Positions 1-9,237 of a stretch of DNA of 19,126 nt are shown here, piece by piece. The notes beneath the pieces were generated by a model. The model had not been told where the DNA came from, did no database searches, and saw only the letters and a program-made list of their open reading frames with translations. This stretch comes from Octopus sinensis (taxonomy: Eukaryota). The stretch covers positions 1-19,126 of the forward strand of contig NW_021824513.1 of the NCBI RefSeq assembly GCF_006345805.1. Reading direction: 5' to 3'. Position 1 is the stretch's first letter. Each line of letters begins with the position of its first letter. The translations under genes and the position numbers were made by a program.

Positions 1-410
1 CCTACCATCACCACTTCCACCACCATCACCACCACCACTACCACCAACACCACCACTACAACCACCAGTATCACCCCCACTACCACCAATACCAACACCA
101 CTACTACCACCACTACCACCAACACCATCACCACCAGTATCACCACCACCACCACTACCACCAACACCACCACTACAACCACCCGTATCACCACCCCCAC
201 CAACACCACTACTACCACCACTAATAGTACTACTATCCGCACCACTATCACCTCCACTATCACGAAGAAACCCACCTACAACTGCCACCACCATTATCAC
301 CGCTACTAACACTATAACTACTTCTACTACCACCATCACTACCACTACGACCACCACTGCCACCAACCACAACAACAAAATTACTACTACTACTACTACT
401 ACTGCTACTG
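1..410. repeat. Degenerate (ACC/CAC/CTA)n low-complexity tract
   Basis: Continuous mixed acc/cac/cta triplets with register shifts. Confidence 0.9.
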
Positions 411-556
411 CTATAATTCTCAAGTGTCTCTTCTCCCCCCTCCCCACTCCATCTTTAATAATTAATATTTTAATGGAGAAATCTTTTCCTCTCCATTTAA
501 ATACCTCTTTACTTTTTTATGGCAGCAGGTTTTGTATTAGATCTGAACAAGGCAAC

Positions 557-714
557 TACCACCGCCACGATCACCACCACCACCACTACAACCAACACCA
601 CCAACACCACCAACACCACCAACACCACCGCCTCCACTGCTACTACCACCGCTCAACTCAACATCTGTAATGTCAGCACTACCGACTCAAAAGCGTCTAC
701 TGCCACCATCGCCA

Positions 715-763
<49 letters not shown>

Positions 764-1030
764 ACTGCTGCTGCTGCTGCTACTGCAGCTGCTGATGGTG
801 GATGTGCTGCTGCTGCAACTGTTGTTGTTGCTGCTATTACTACTACTTACTACTACTACTACCACTACCATCACCACCGCCATTATCATCACCATCATTA
901 TCGCCACCACCAACATCACCATCAACACAATCACTCCCGCCATCACCACCACCCTCATCATCAACATGACGACCATTACCGCCAGTGCCACTAACACCTG
1001 CATTACCACCACCACCACCACCACCACCAA
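557..1030. repeat. Degenerate (CAC)/(CTA)/(CTG) trinucleotide tract
   Basis: Pure and mixed triplet runs; these generate ORFs 519-1052 and 653-1096. Confidence 0.9.
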
Positions 1031-1346
1031 TCTCAAAACCCCTGAAAAGTAAACCCTTAATAGCATTAACTCACACAATCCCTTTTCCAGATACATGGTA
1101 AAATTCCTCGATCTAGAACCTGGACAAAATTATGTCAGTTCTGAATTCCAGCAAGAACCCAAATGACCATTACTCTCAGATTCCCTTCTCTAAATCACAA
1201 CAACAATTCACAATCGCCTTAACGCTGTTTAGCATATCCTAAAGAAACAATACGAAACACTAGGTAGCAAGCTACCGCAATTTCTCACATACAAGTCGAC
1301 GAGTTATATAATATGAGCGTTCAAACATCATCACCAGTCCTTTATA

Positions 1347-1760
1347 GGCGTAGGAGTGGCTGTGTGGTAAGTAGCTTGCTAACCAACCACATGGTTCCGG
1401 GTTCAGTCCCACTGCGTGGCATCTTGGGCAAGTGTCTTCTGCTATAGCCCCGGGCCGACCAATGCCTTGTGAGTGGATTTGGTAGACGGAAACTGAAAGA
1501 AGCCTGTCGTATATATGTATATATATATAAGTGTGTGTTGTGTGTATATGTGTTTGTGTGTCTGTGTTTGTCCCTCTAGCATTGCTTGACAACCAATGCT
1601 GGTGTGTTTACGTTCCCGTAACTTAGCGGTTCGGCAAAAGAGACCGATAGAATAAGTACTGGGCTTACAAAGAATAAGTCCCGGGGTCGATTTGCTCGAC
1701 TAAAGGCGGTGCCCCAGCATGGCCGCAGTCAAATGACTGAAACAAGTAAAAGGGTAAAGA
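1347..1760 (+). mobile_element. tRNA-derived SINE, family A (octopus-type), full length with internal (TA)/(TG) microsatellite
   Basis: Pol III A-box-like TGGCTGTGTGG and B-box-like GGTTCAGTCCC, then CTTGGGCAAGTG, an internal microsatellite, and 3' end ...CAGCATGGCCGCAGTCAAATGACTGAAACAAGTAAAAG. Homologous to 4484-4885, 5591-5890, 12147-12540, 12657-12809 and 17780-17952. Confidence 0.92.
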
Positions 1761-1884
1761 GTCCTGCAGTATTTCATAAAGAACTTTTGGCCCTTGAAAG
1801 TCATTTTGCTGTATAAGTTGACCTAACGTTTTTCTTTGGCCGTAAATTTTGATCTGAAAAGTCCAACTTGTATGCCGGTAAATA

Positions 1885-2490
1885 CGTACTTATTACCGAA
1901 TCTGTGTAATATAAAAGGAAAAGGAAAATATGTGAAATGCAACTTCTAAATGCATTCCACAGGGATCTGTGCTCTTACTCGCCTTTTTTAAAGTATACTT
2001 ATGAACTGGTACTCCGTCGGTTACAACAATGAGAGATCCAGTTGATCCGATCAACGGAAGAGCCTGCTCTTAAAGTTAACGTACATGTGGCTGAACACTC
2101 CATAGTCATACATAATGTGACAAGGCTGGCCATTTGAGTGATAGGAAAACTCATATTTGGTAGCTGAGTGGATTGGAGCAACGTGAAATAAAGTGTCTTG
2201 CTGAAGGACACAAGGCGTCGCCAAGAATCGAACTCACGATTTTATGATCCTGTGCTGAATACTCTAACCTCTAAGCCACGCGTCTTCACTGAAACTGTAC
2301 TTATACGAATTTGTCACACCTCCGCCAAAGCACACTTAAGCTCGTACGCAGGTAATCTTATCCGCTCTTACTCTCAGACCTAGAGACACCTGTACACCTT
2401 TTGCAACACTGCGTCAATGATCAACTCACCTGGTTTCAGAAAAACAGACTTAAAATAGTCTATCTGGCATCCACTAAATCCGTCGTTTCC
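1885..2490 (+). pseudogene. Decayed non-LTR retrotransposon reverse transcriptase fragment, interrupted by a SINE
   Basis: IPQGSVL at 1954-1974 (RT PQG motif). YAGN at 2345-2356 (TACGCAGGTAAT, two substitutions from YADD). Then frameshifted DLETPVHLLQHCVNDQLTWFQKNRLKI from 2377, resembling the post-YADD segment of LINE RTs. Confidence 0.6.
2004..2289 (-). mobile_element. tRNA-derived SINE, family B
   Basis: Minus-strand head GTGAAGACGCGTGGCTTAGAGGTTAG...GAGTTCGATTC followed by TGTGTCCTTCAGCAAGACAC; homologous to 18494-18817. Confidence 0.85.
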
Positions 2491-2544
2491 TTTCTTTGAC
2501 AGCAACACGAACATTAAATACAAGGAATGATCACACTCACTTAT

Positions 2545-2575
<31 letters not shown>

Positions 2576-3770
2576 TTCGACAAAACTATCAGCTACACCA
2601 ACAACATTAGCAACTGCAATGGCATTGATAACTACAGCAACAATAGCAACAACAAAACTAATGCTTTCCTCAAAAACATCAGATATATCAAAATGATTAG
2701 CAACTATTATTTAAAAAAATTAGTAACAACAACAATAAAAATTTCGGCAAAAATATCACCTGTCCAAACCACATTAAGTAACATAATTAAAAGAGTAACA
2801 ACGGCAGCAGCAACAATTTCGACAAAAATATAAGTTATGGTAGCAACATTAGCAATTGTGATAAAAATAGTAACAACCGCAATAATTGCAACATTAAAAG
2901 TTTTGACAAAAATATCTGTTCTTAGCAACATTAGCAATGATAATAAAAATTGTAATTGCAACAACAGCAATAGTAACAGCGATAAACTTCAAAAGAAATT
3001 ATCAGCTACACCAGTAAGATTAGCAACTATAATGAAAGATAGTCACTATAGTAGCAACAGCAGTGGTCATAGTAATAACAATTACCAAAGTAACGTTTAC
3101 CAATAGCAACAATCTCAGCAACAGTAATGCGAATAGTATCATCAACGTTCGCATCAGTGATAAGAACAATAGCGATCATAGCAATAGTAATAACAAATAC
3201 AACAGAAACTTTTGTATATAGCAACGACATTAGCAAAAGCAATGAGAATAGGATTACCAAAGTCTGCGAACGCGATAGCAATGCAGCAATGACGATCGTA
3301 GTAAGAGCGATAATAAATGCAACAAAGACATACACGAATAAAAACAGCATTGCAATGACAATGCGAACAACACTACCATCGTTTGCAACCGTGTAAGCAA
3401 CAATAGTAAGAGTCATGATAATGGTAATAAACATAATAAATAAAACAGTAACATTTACTTGTAGCAACAAACATAGCAACAGCAACGCAAGTAGCGTTAG
3501 CAACGACTGTAACCGCGATAGCAACAATCATAGCAATAACAACTACTGCAACGACAATAGCAACGATAAGAAAAGCAATAAACTTCGACAAACCACGAGA
3601 ACGGTAACAATCGCAACAATTAACAACAATGCATTAACAACATTAACACCACCGCCACCACCACTAACCCCTCCCCCCCCTAGTATTTAGTTCCACTAAA
3701 AGAAGCAACAACAGCAAACCTGAAAACAGCAACAACATTGAGAACAATAATAGCAACGATTAGCAACGTT
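2545..3770. repeat. (AAC/AGC/AAT)-rich low-complexity tract containing a cryptic 75-90 bp degenerate minisatellite
   Basis: Pure (CAA)n at 2545-2573. A TTTCGACAAAA-like anchor recurs at 2575, 2665, 2742, 2817, 2901 and 2987, each followed by an ATTAGCAA-like motif. Confidence 0.8.
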
Positions 3771-4114
3771 AGAAAGATCTAGAGAATAAGCAGGAAACCG
3801 GGAGAAAGTCGATTCCTTTGGGAGTTCAAAATATGTCATTGTATGGTGGGAACCTGATCGAGCAGGCAGTGTGTTGTCTGTGTATTTTAATGACCCTTAA
3901 GGGCACATATTTTTGCAAAGGAAGGTGAGAGATCTGTTGTCGTTTCATCAGCTCCTCCGATTCCTCACTCCTCTCCACCCCGATCTCTCCACCCACCCCG
4001 ATCCCATCACGACCCTTACACTTTAAACACGTGACTTTTCTCGTTCTTCTACTTTCACTTTCGTTTTCCGCTCCACCGTTTGGCTGTTTCGTCTCATTTG
4101 TAACCGTATACATA

Positions 4115-4306
4115 AAGACACACACACATACACATATACATTCACATATACGCATATACATACACACACACACACACACACTTTTTTTTTATTTGTTGTT
4201 GTTTTCGCTTATACTCATTAACAGTTCTATCTTGTTTTTATCATATTGTAATCACCATCAACCTTTACTTCTTTCTCCTCCTCCTCCTCCTCCCCCTCCG
4301 CATCAC

Positions 4307-4337
<31 letters not shown>

Positions 4338-4340
4338 GGT
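4115..4340. repeat. (CA)n, (CCT)n and (CAT)n microsatellites
   Basis: Seen directly. Confidence 0.85.
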
Positions 4341-4483
4341 CGTCGTCTTTAATTACGTTATCTCCTATCATAATCTTTCTAATTATTGTTAATGTTGTTA
4401 TTAGCTGTGCTTGGCGTGTGTCGCATTGTAAGGCGAAGTAATGGGAGGAAGAGGAGGAGGGGATGCTGCGATCCTGCTAGGTT

Positions 4484-4639
4484 CGCGTGGCTGCGTGGTA
4501 AGAAGCTTGCTTCCTACCACGCGGTTCCGGGTTCAGTCCCACTGCGTGGCACCTTGGGCAAGTGTTTTCTACTATAACCTCGGGCCAACCAAAGCCTTGT
4601 GAGTGGATTTGGTAGACGGAAACGGAAAGAAGCCTGTCG

Positions 4640-4681
<42 letters not shown>

Positions 4682-4885
4682 CTTGTGTGTCTGTGTTTGT
4701 CCCCCCAACATCGCTTGACAGCCGATGCTGGTGTGTCTGCGTATCTGTAACTTAGCGATTCTGCAAAAGTGACCGATAGAATAAGTACTAGGCTTACAAA
4801 GAATAAGTCCTGGGCTCGATTTGCTCGACTAAAGGCGGCGCTCCAGCATGGCCGCAGTGAAATGACTGAAACAAGTAAAGAGAGT
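4484..4885 (+). mobile_element. tRNA-derived SINE, family A, near full length
   Basis: Colinear with 1347-1760, including the head, the internal (TA)(TG) microsatellite and the 3' end GAAACAAGTAAAGAGAG. Confidence 0.92.
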
Positions 4886-5032
4886 AAAACCCTTTATATT
4901 TTCGGCGCCAAGGTTCATCGTCGGAAGGAAGCAATCTCGGAGTTGTCCAGTAACGGAATCGGTGTGACTGGACATTTCCAAGACTGTTTCCTTCTGAGGA
5001 TAAACCTTTGCGCCTGAAATAGAAAGGGTTTT
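4886..5032. repeat. 147-bp imperfect palindrome (foldback; 69-bp arms, 9-nt loop)
   Basis: Arm 4886-4954 versus reverse complement of 4964-5032: 56/69 identical with no gaps; loop GGAATCGGT. Confidence 0.92.
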
Positions 5033-5134
5033 GTAAAACTTTCTGCATCGTCAGAAGCTTTCATATCTTCCCTTTTCTATGTATATACACTCATTCTTGC
5101 ACACCCCACACACACGTATATTTATATATATATA

Positions 5135-5365
5135 TGTATCGCCATGATGGACCGTTAGCTCCTACACGCATTTTTTTTCTCTCCTTATTTCTCTCCTTGT
5201 TTTTTTTTCTGTGTATCTTTCTGTCGAAGAGCATAGGCTCGAAACGTAAAAGACTTGTTCTATTTCTATTCCTGAGCGTCATACTAATACATTTGTTTGT
5301 TTGTTTGTACTCCACCTGCCTTCGTCTTTTGTTTATTTTCGTAAACCTTCCCGTTATATATATAC
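5135..5365 (+). mobile_element. Interspersed repeat resembling a Penelope-like element terminal repeat
   Basis: Contains a minimal hammerhead motif of the architecture typical of Penelope-like terminal repeats. I also recall this sequence as an octopus repeat. Boundaries are approximate. Confidence 0.55.
5216..5253 (+). ncRNA. Minimal type-I hammerhead ribozyme-like motif with variant core (CUGUCGA)
   Basis: Stem I: TCTTT(5216-5220)/AAAGA(5249-5253). Core CTGTCGA+A (5221-5228). Stem II: GAGC-atag-GCTC (5229-5240). GAAA, then loopless palindromic stem III ACGT (5244-5247), and cleavage triplet GTA ending at 5248. Confidence 0.65.
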
Positions 5366-5590
5366 CATTTTTGTATTCTTTTTATAGAATGATAGAAGAG
5401 TAAGACAGAGGCCAAGAGTTTCGTTACGTGATGTTTCTCAAGACCTGGGTTAGTGCCAGACATGAAGTTCTCAGTGTTTGACACACAGATCCCGCTTTTT
5501 GCCAATAAACTATAAAAAAACAAACACAACTCAGCTCAGGTTTTGAGGTTTCTGTCTCCTGTTTATTCTACTAAACCCATGTACGTGTAT

Positions 5591-5826
5591 TTTTTTATTC
5601 TTTTATTCTTTTATTCTTTTACTTGTCTCACTCATTTGGCTGCCGCCTTGCTGGAGCACAGCGTTAAGGGATTTTAGTCGAGGAAATCGATCCCCACCCA
5701 CGACTTATTCTTTGGAAGCCTATTACTTATTCAATCGATACTTTTTGCCGAACCGTCAAGTTACGAGAATGCAAACACACCAACATCGGTTGTCTAGCAG
5801 TGATGGAGGGAAATGCACAAACACAA

Positions 5827-5881
<55 letters not shown>

Positions 5882-5890
5882 ACACACATG
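5591..5890 (-). mobile_element. SINE family A, 3' half with (CA)n and a (TTTTATTC)n tail
   Basis: Reverse complement matches the 3' half of 1347-1760 (TTTTACTTGT..., GACTTATTCTTT, TTTTGCCGAACCG, AAGTTACG). Confidence 0.85.
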
Positions 5891-6034
5891 CACACAGATA
5901 ATAATGATAGCCAAGTCAGAGTTCATTAAATACATTTCAAGAATTAAAAGGAAACAACCGACAGAATTGAATTTTTGTATCACCAACCGTTTTTGAAACT
6001 AAATGGTTTGTTCTAATGACACCACTTACAAATG

Positions 6035-6082
6035 CTCTCTCTCTCACTCTCCCCCTCTCTGGTTATCTGTCTGTCTTCCTGT

Positions 6083-6160
<78 letters not shown>

Positions 6161-6197
6161 GTCTGTCTGTCTGTCTATCTGTTTGTCTGCCTGCCTT

Positions 6198-6260
<63 letters not shown>

Positions 6261-6384
6261 ATCTGTCTGTGTGTATGTCTCTCTCTATCTAACAATTTGT
6301 GAGTGCATGCACATATACATACATACATACATACATACATACATACATACATACACACACACATACATACATACATACATACAC

Positions 6385-6431
<47 letters not shown>

Positions 6432-6463
6432 CATACGTACATATATATATATATTATACGTAT

Positions 6464-6530
<67 letters not shown>
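6035..6530. repeat. Compound microsatellite (CTAT)n/(CTGT)n/(TACA)n/(TA)n/(CA)n
   Basis: Seen directly. Confidence 0.95.
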
Positions 6531-6533
<3 letters not shown>

Positions 6534-6771
6534 GAATATGTGTACAGGTGTATTTTTTTCTTTCACACATATCCCAACGCAAATAGTTCTGATGTATTTA
6601 ATTAAGTTTAAGTTTCTCCTGTTATTTTTTTTTTTTTACCTTAACGATTAATTTAACTCATTTGGTTATTATTCCTTTTATTTTTGTTGTTTATTTACTT
6701 AAACGCAACAACTCTGAATATTACACGTAACACTCTGCTTCTTTTCCTTCTGTTTTAAGTTATAGCTTACT

Positions 6772-7070
6772 GTGGAGGCGCAATGGTCCATCGGTTAGGG
6801 TAGTGGACTCGAAGTCGTAGGATCGCGGTTTCGATTCCCAGACCGGGTGTTGTGAGAGTTTATTGAGCGAAAACGCCTAAAGCTCCACGAAGATCCGACA
6901 GAGTGTGGTGGCTAACCCTGCAGTACTCTTTCTCTCCTTTTTTTTTTTCCCCTGTTTCTCTTGTACCTGTATTTCAAAGGGCCAGCTTTGTCACGCTGAA
7001 TCTCCCCGAGAACTACGTTAAGGATGCATGTGTCTGTGGAGTGCTCAGCCATTTACACCAACGGAGTGCC
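6772..7070 (+). mobile_element. tRNA-derived SINE sharing a body with family B
   Basis: Head GTGGAGGCGCAATGG...GGTTAGGG...GGTTTCGATTCCC. Body GTATTTCAAAGGGCCAGC...GAGAACTACGTTAAGG...GTGTCTGTGGAGTGCTCAGCCA matches the reverse complement of 18585-18670. Confidence 0.8.
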
Positions 7071-7102
7071 ACAACGACGATATCTTACAAATTAATTTCA
7101 AA

Positions 7103-7302
7103 TTTTGGCACAAGGCTAGCAATATCAGTGGAGGAGGTAAGTTGATTACATCGACCCCAGTACTCAACTTTAATTTATCGACCTAGAAAGGATGAAAGGC
7201 AAACTCGACCTCGGTGGAATTTGAACTCAGAATATGGCGACGACCGAAATACGGCTAAGCATTTTGCTCGATGTGCTAACGATTCTGCCAGCTCACCGCC
7301 TT
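7103..7302 (-). mobile_element. tRNA-derived SINE, family C, copy 1
   Basis: Minus-strand head AAGGCGGTGAGCTGGCAGAATCGTTAG, B-box GAGTTCAAATTCC, body GCCTTTCATCCTTTC..GGTCGATAAATTAA. Confidence 0.85.
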
Positions 7303-7320
7303 AATAATAATGATAATAAT

Positions 7321-7534
7321 TCTTTCTACTGGAAGCACAAGGCCTAAAATTTTGGGGGAAGGGATTAAGTCGATTACATCAACCCCAGTGCGTTACTGGT
7401 ACTTAATTTATCGACCTCGAAAGGATGAAAGGCAAAGTCGACCCCGGCGGCATTTGAACTCAGAACGTAACGCAGACAAATACCACTATGCATTTCGCCC
7501 AGCGCGCTAACGATTCTGCCAGCTCACCGTCCTT
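7321..7534 (-). mobile_element. tRNA-derived SINE, family C, copy 2 (head-to-tail with copy 1)
   Basis: Colinear diverged homolog of 7103-7302, flanked by identical AATAATAATGATAATAAT at 7303-7320 and 7535-7552. Confidence 0.88.
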
Positions 7535-7555
7535 AATAATAATGATAATAATAAT

Positions 7556-8151
7556 AAAAACTTTAGCTAAACAAAGCAAATCTCCAGTATATTAAGGAGA
7601 AATGGGAGCTTATGGTGAATACCCGACCAGAATCAGGTACCCTGAAGTAGAGCAAGGTCCTCATCTTATGGAGAGTGCACGGCGTAAAATGTGTGCGGAA
7701 CCTAGCAACACTATTTTCTGAAGTTCTCCCACGTTAACACTGCAAGGGAGTTTGTTGAGCTGCTTATCAAGGCCCTTTTTAATTAGCCCTAACGCTCCAA
7801 TCACCACTGGTGCTGTGCTGCTTTTCGTTCCCCCACATCTTGGTCACTTCTATTTCTAGGTCTTTGTACTTAAATAACTTATCAACTTCTTTAATGGACA
7901 CATTCCTCTCTGATGCTACTGTCACATCTATCAATAAGCATTTCTTATTCTTTCCCATCTTTGATGATTATGTCCGGCCTGTTTGCCTTGATTTCTTTAT
8001 CGGTGTTGACTAGCATATTCCAGAGTACTGTTACATCATATTTTCCGGTCACAGTTTCAGGTTTATGCTGGTACCATCTTTCTGATGTTAGAAGCTGGTA
8101 GTGTTTGCATATCTTCCAATGGATACATTGCGCTACTCTATCGTGTCTATA
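7556..8151 (-). mobile_element. 5'-truncated R4/Dong-clade non-LTR retrotransposon: restriction-like endonuclease domain plus 3' UTR
   Basis: Minus 8151->7661 reads YRHDRVAQCIHWKICKHY...WYQHKPETV...VLWNMLVNTDKEIKANRPDIIIKD/KNKKCLLIDVTV...KYKDLEIEVTKMWG/...PVVIGALGLIKKG...ELQKIVLLGSAHILRRALSIR*. RHD, RPD, IDV, K..KY and IGALG motifs are present. Two +1 frameshifts (~7955, ~7832) and no internal stops once these are corrected. Confidence 0.9.
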
Positions 8152-8235
8152 TTATTAATTATTATTATTATTATTATTCTCATTATTATTATTATTATTG
8201 TTGTTGTTGTTGTTGTTGTTATTATTTTCATTATT
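8152..8235. repeat. (ATT)n/(GTT)n microsatellite
   Basis: Seen directly; abuts the 5' truncation point of the Dong-like fragment. Confidence 0.9.
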
Positions 8236-8384
8236 ATTCGCTACTTATATTCCAAAGGTGGAATGTAAGTAGTGAGACAAATAATTGCAATGTGAATTCG
8301 CGCGATGAAAACATGTTTTATATTTTATACCCAAATCCAGGTGAAATGCATTAGAGAAATTGCTCGTCAGAGTTGAAACCTGTG

Positions 8385-8389
8385 AAATA

Positions 8390-8437
<48 letters not shown>

Positions 8438-8593
8438 TATAGAGCGGGGGGGTGAGAGAGAAGGGGAGAAGGAGAGAGAGAAAAGAGGAGAAAGAGAGAG
8501 AGATATTTAAAAAAAAACCTACAGAAGAATATATAAGGAAAGGAAGAGAGAACAGGGTGAGAGAAAAGGAGGTCGAGAAGATTACGTGCAGGG

Positions 8594-8627
<34 letters not shown>

Positions 8628-8670
8628 AAAGAGAGAGAGGGCGGGTGAGAGAGAAAGGGGAGAAGGAGAG

Positions 8671-8701
<31 letters not shown>

Positions 8702-9004
8702 TATTTAAAATAAAACCTACAGAGTGAATATATAAGGAAAGGAAGAGAGAACAGGGGTGAGAGAAAAGGAGGTCGAGGAAGATTACGTGCAGGGGAGAGA
8801 AAGAGAGAGAGAGAAAGAGAGAGAGAGAGAAGAGAGAGATAGAGGGCGGGTGAGAGAGAAAGAGGAGAAGGAGAGAGAGAGAAAGAGAGAGAAAGAGAGA
8901 GAGATATTTAAAATAAAACCTACAGAGAGAATATATAAGGAAAGGAAGAGAGAACAGGGGTGAGAGAAAAGAAGGTCGAGGAAGATTACGTGCAGGGGAG
9001 AGAA

Positions 9005-9035
<31 letters not shown>

Positions 9036-9045
9036 AAGAGAGAGA
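8385..9045. repeat. (GA)n-rich tract with three ~200-bp tandem units
   Basis: Anchor ATATTTAAAA...CCTACAGA...AATATATAAGGAAAGGAAGAGAGAACAGGG...GATTACGTGCAGGGGAGAG at 8503, 8701 and 8904. Confidence 0.92.
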
Positions 9046-9164
9046 ATCGGCGAGAGAATGCGGAAATCGAACGAGAGTTGAAAGAGCATGACATAATGGA
9101 ACAGGGAAAGACAAAAAAAGTCTTAATAAGCTGCAAAATAGCGTAAAATAACTGGAAAAATGTA

Positions 9165-9180
9165 TGCGTATGTACAAGCT

Positions 9181-9237
<57 letters not shown>

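Noticed and set aside
519-1052. Thr/Leu-rich 177-aa ORF, and similar poly-T/V/L/H/Y ORFs at 13328-16624
   Set aside because: These are translations of trinucleotide tracts that are open in several frames on both strands.
6772-6850. tRNA-like sequences at SINE heads
   Set aside because: They have A/B boxes but no complete cloverleaf, and they continue into repeat bodies; these are not tRNA genes.
7103-8151. Idea that family C SINEs are mobilised by the adjacent Dong-like element
   Set aside because: No shared 3' tail is visible, and the microsatellite polarity is opposite: (ATT)n on the SINE sense strand versus (AAT)n on the Dong sense strand.
8330-8400. Strong minus-strand acceptor (CTCTGCTATTTCACAG) with a short open segment VSTLTSNFSNAFHLDLG
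   Set aside because: The pyrimidine tract is simply the (CT)n microsatellite, the donor is weak and the peptide is unrecognised.
8430-9045. Regularly spaced repeats as a possible CRISPR-like array
   Set aside because: Eukaryotic context, the 'spacers' are near-identical GA runs, and there are no cas genes.
9043-9147. Peptide ENRRENAEIERELKEHDIMEQGKTKKVLI, faintly like the G-alpha-q N-terminus
   Set aside because: No P-loop follows, a stop occurs immediately, and it emerges from the GA tract; likely chance.
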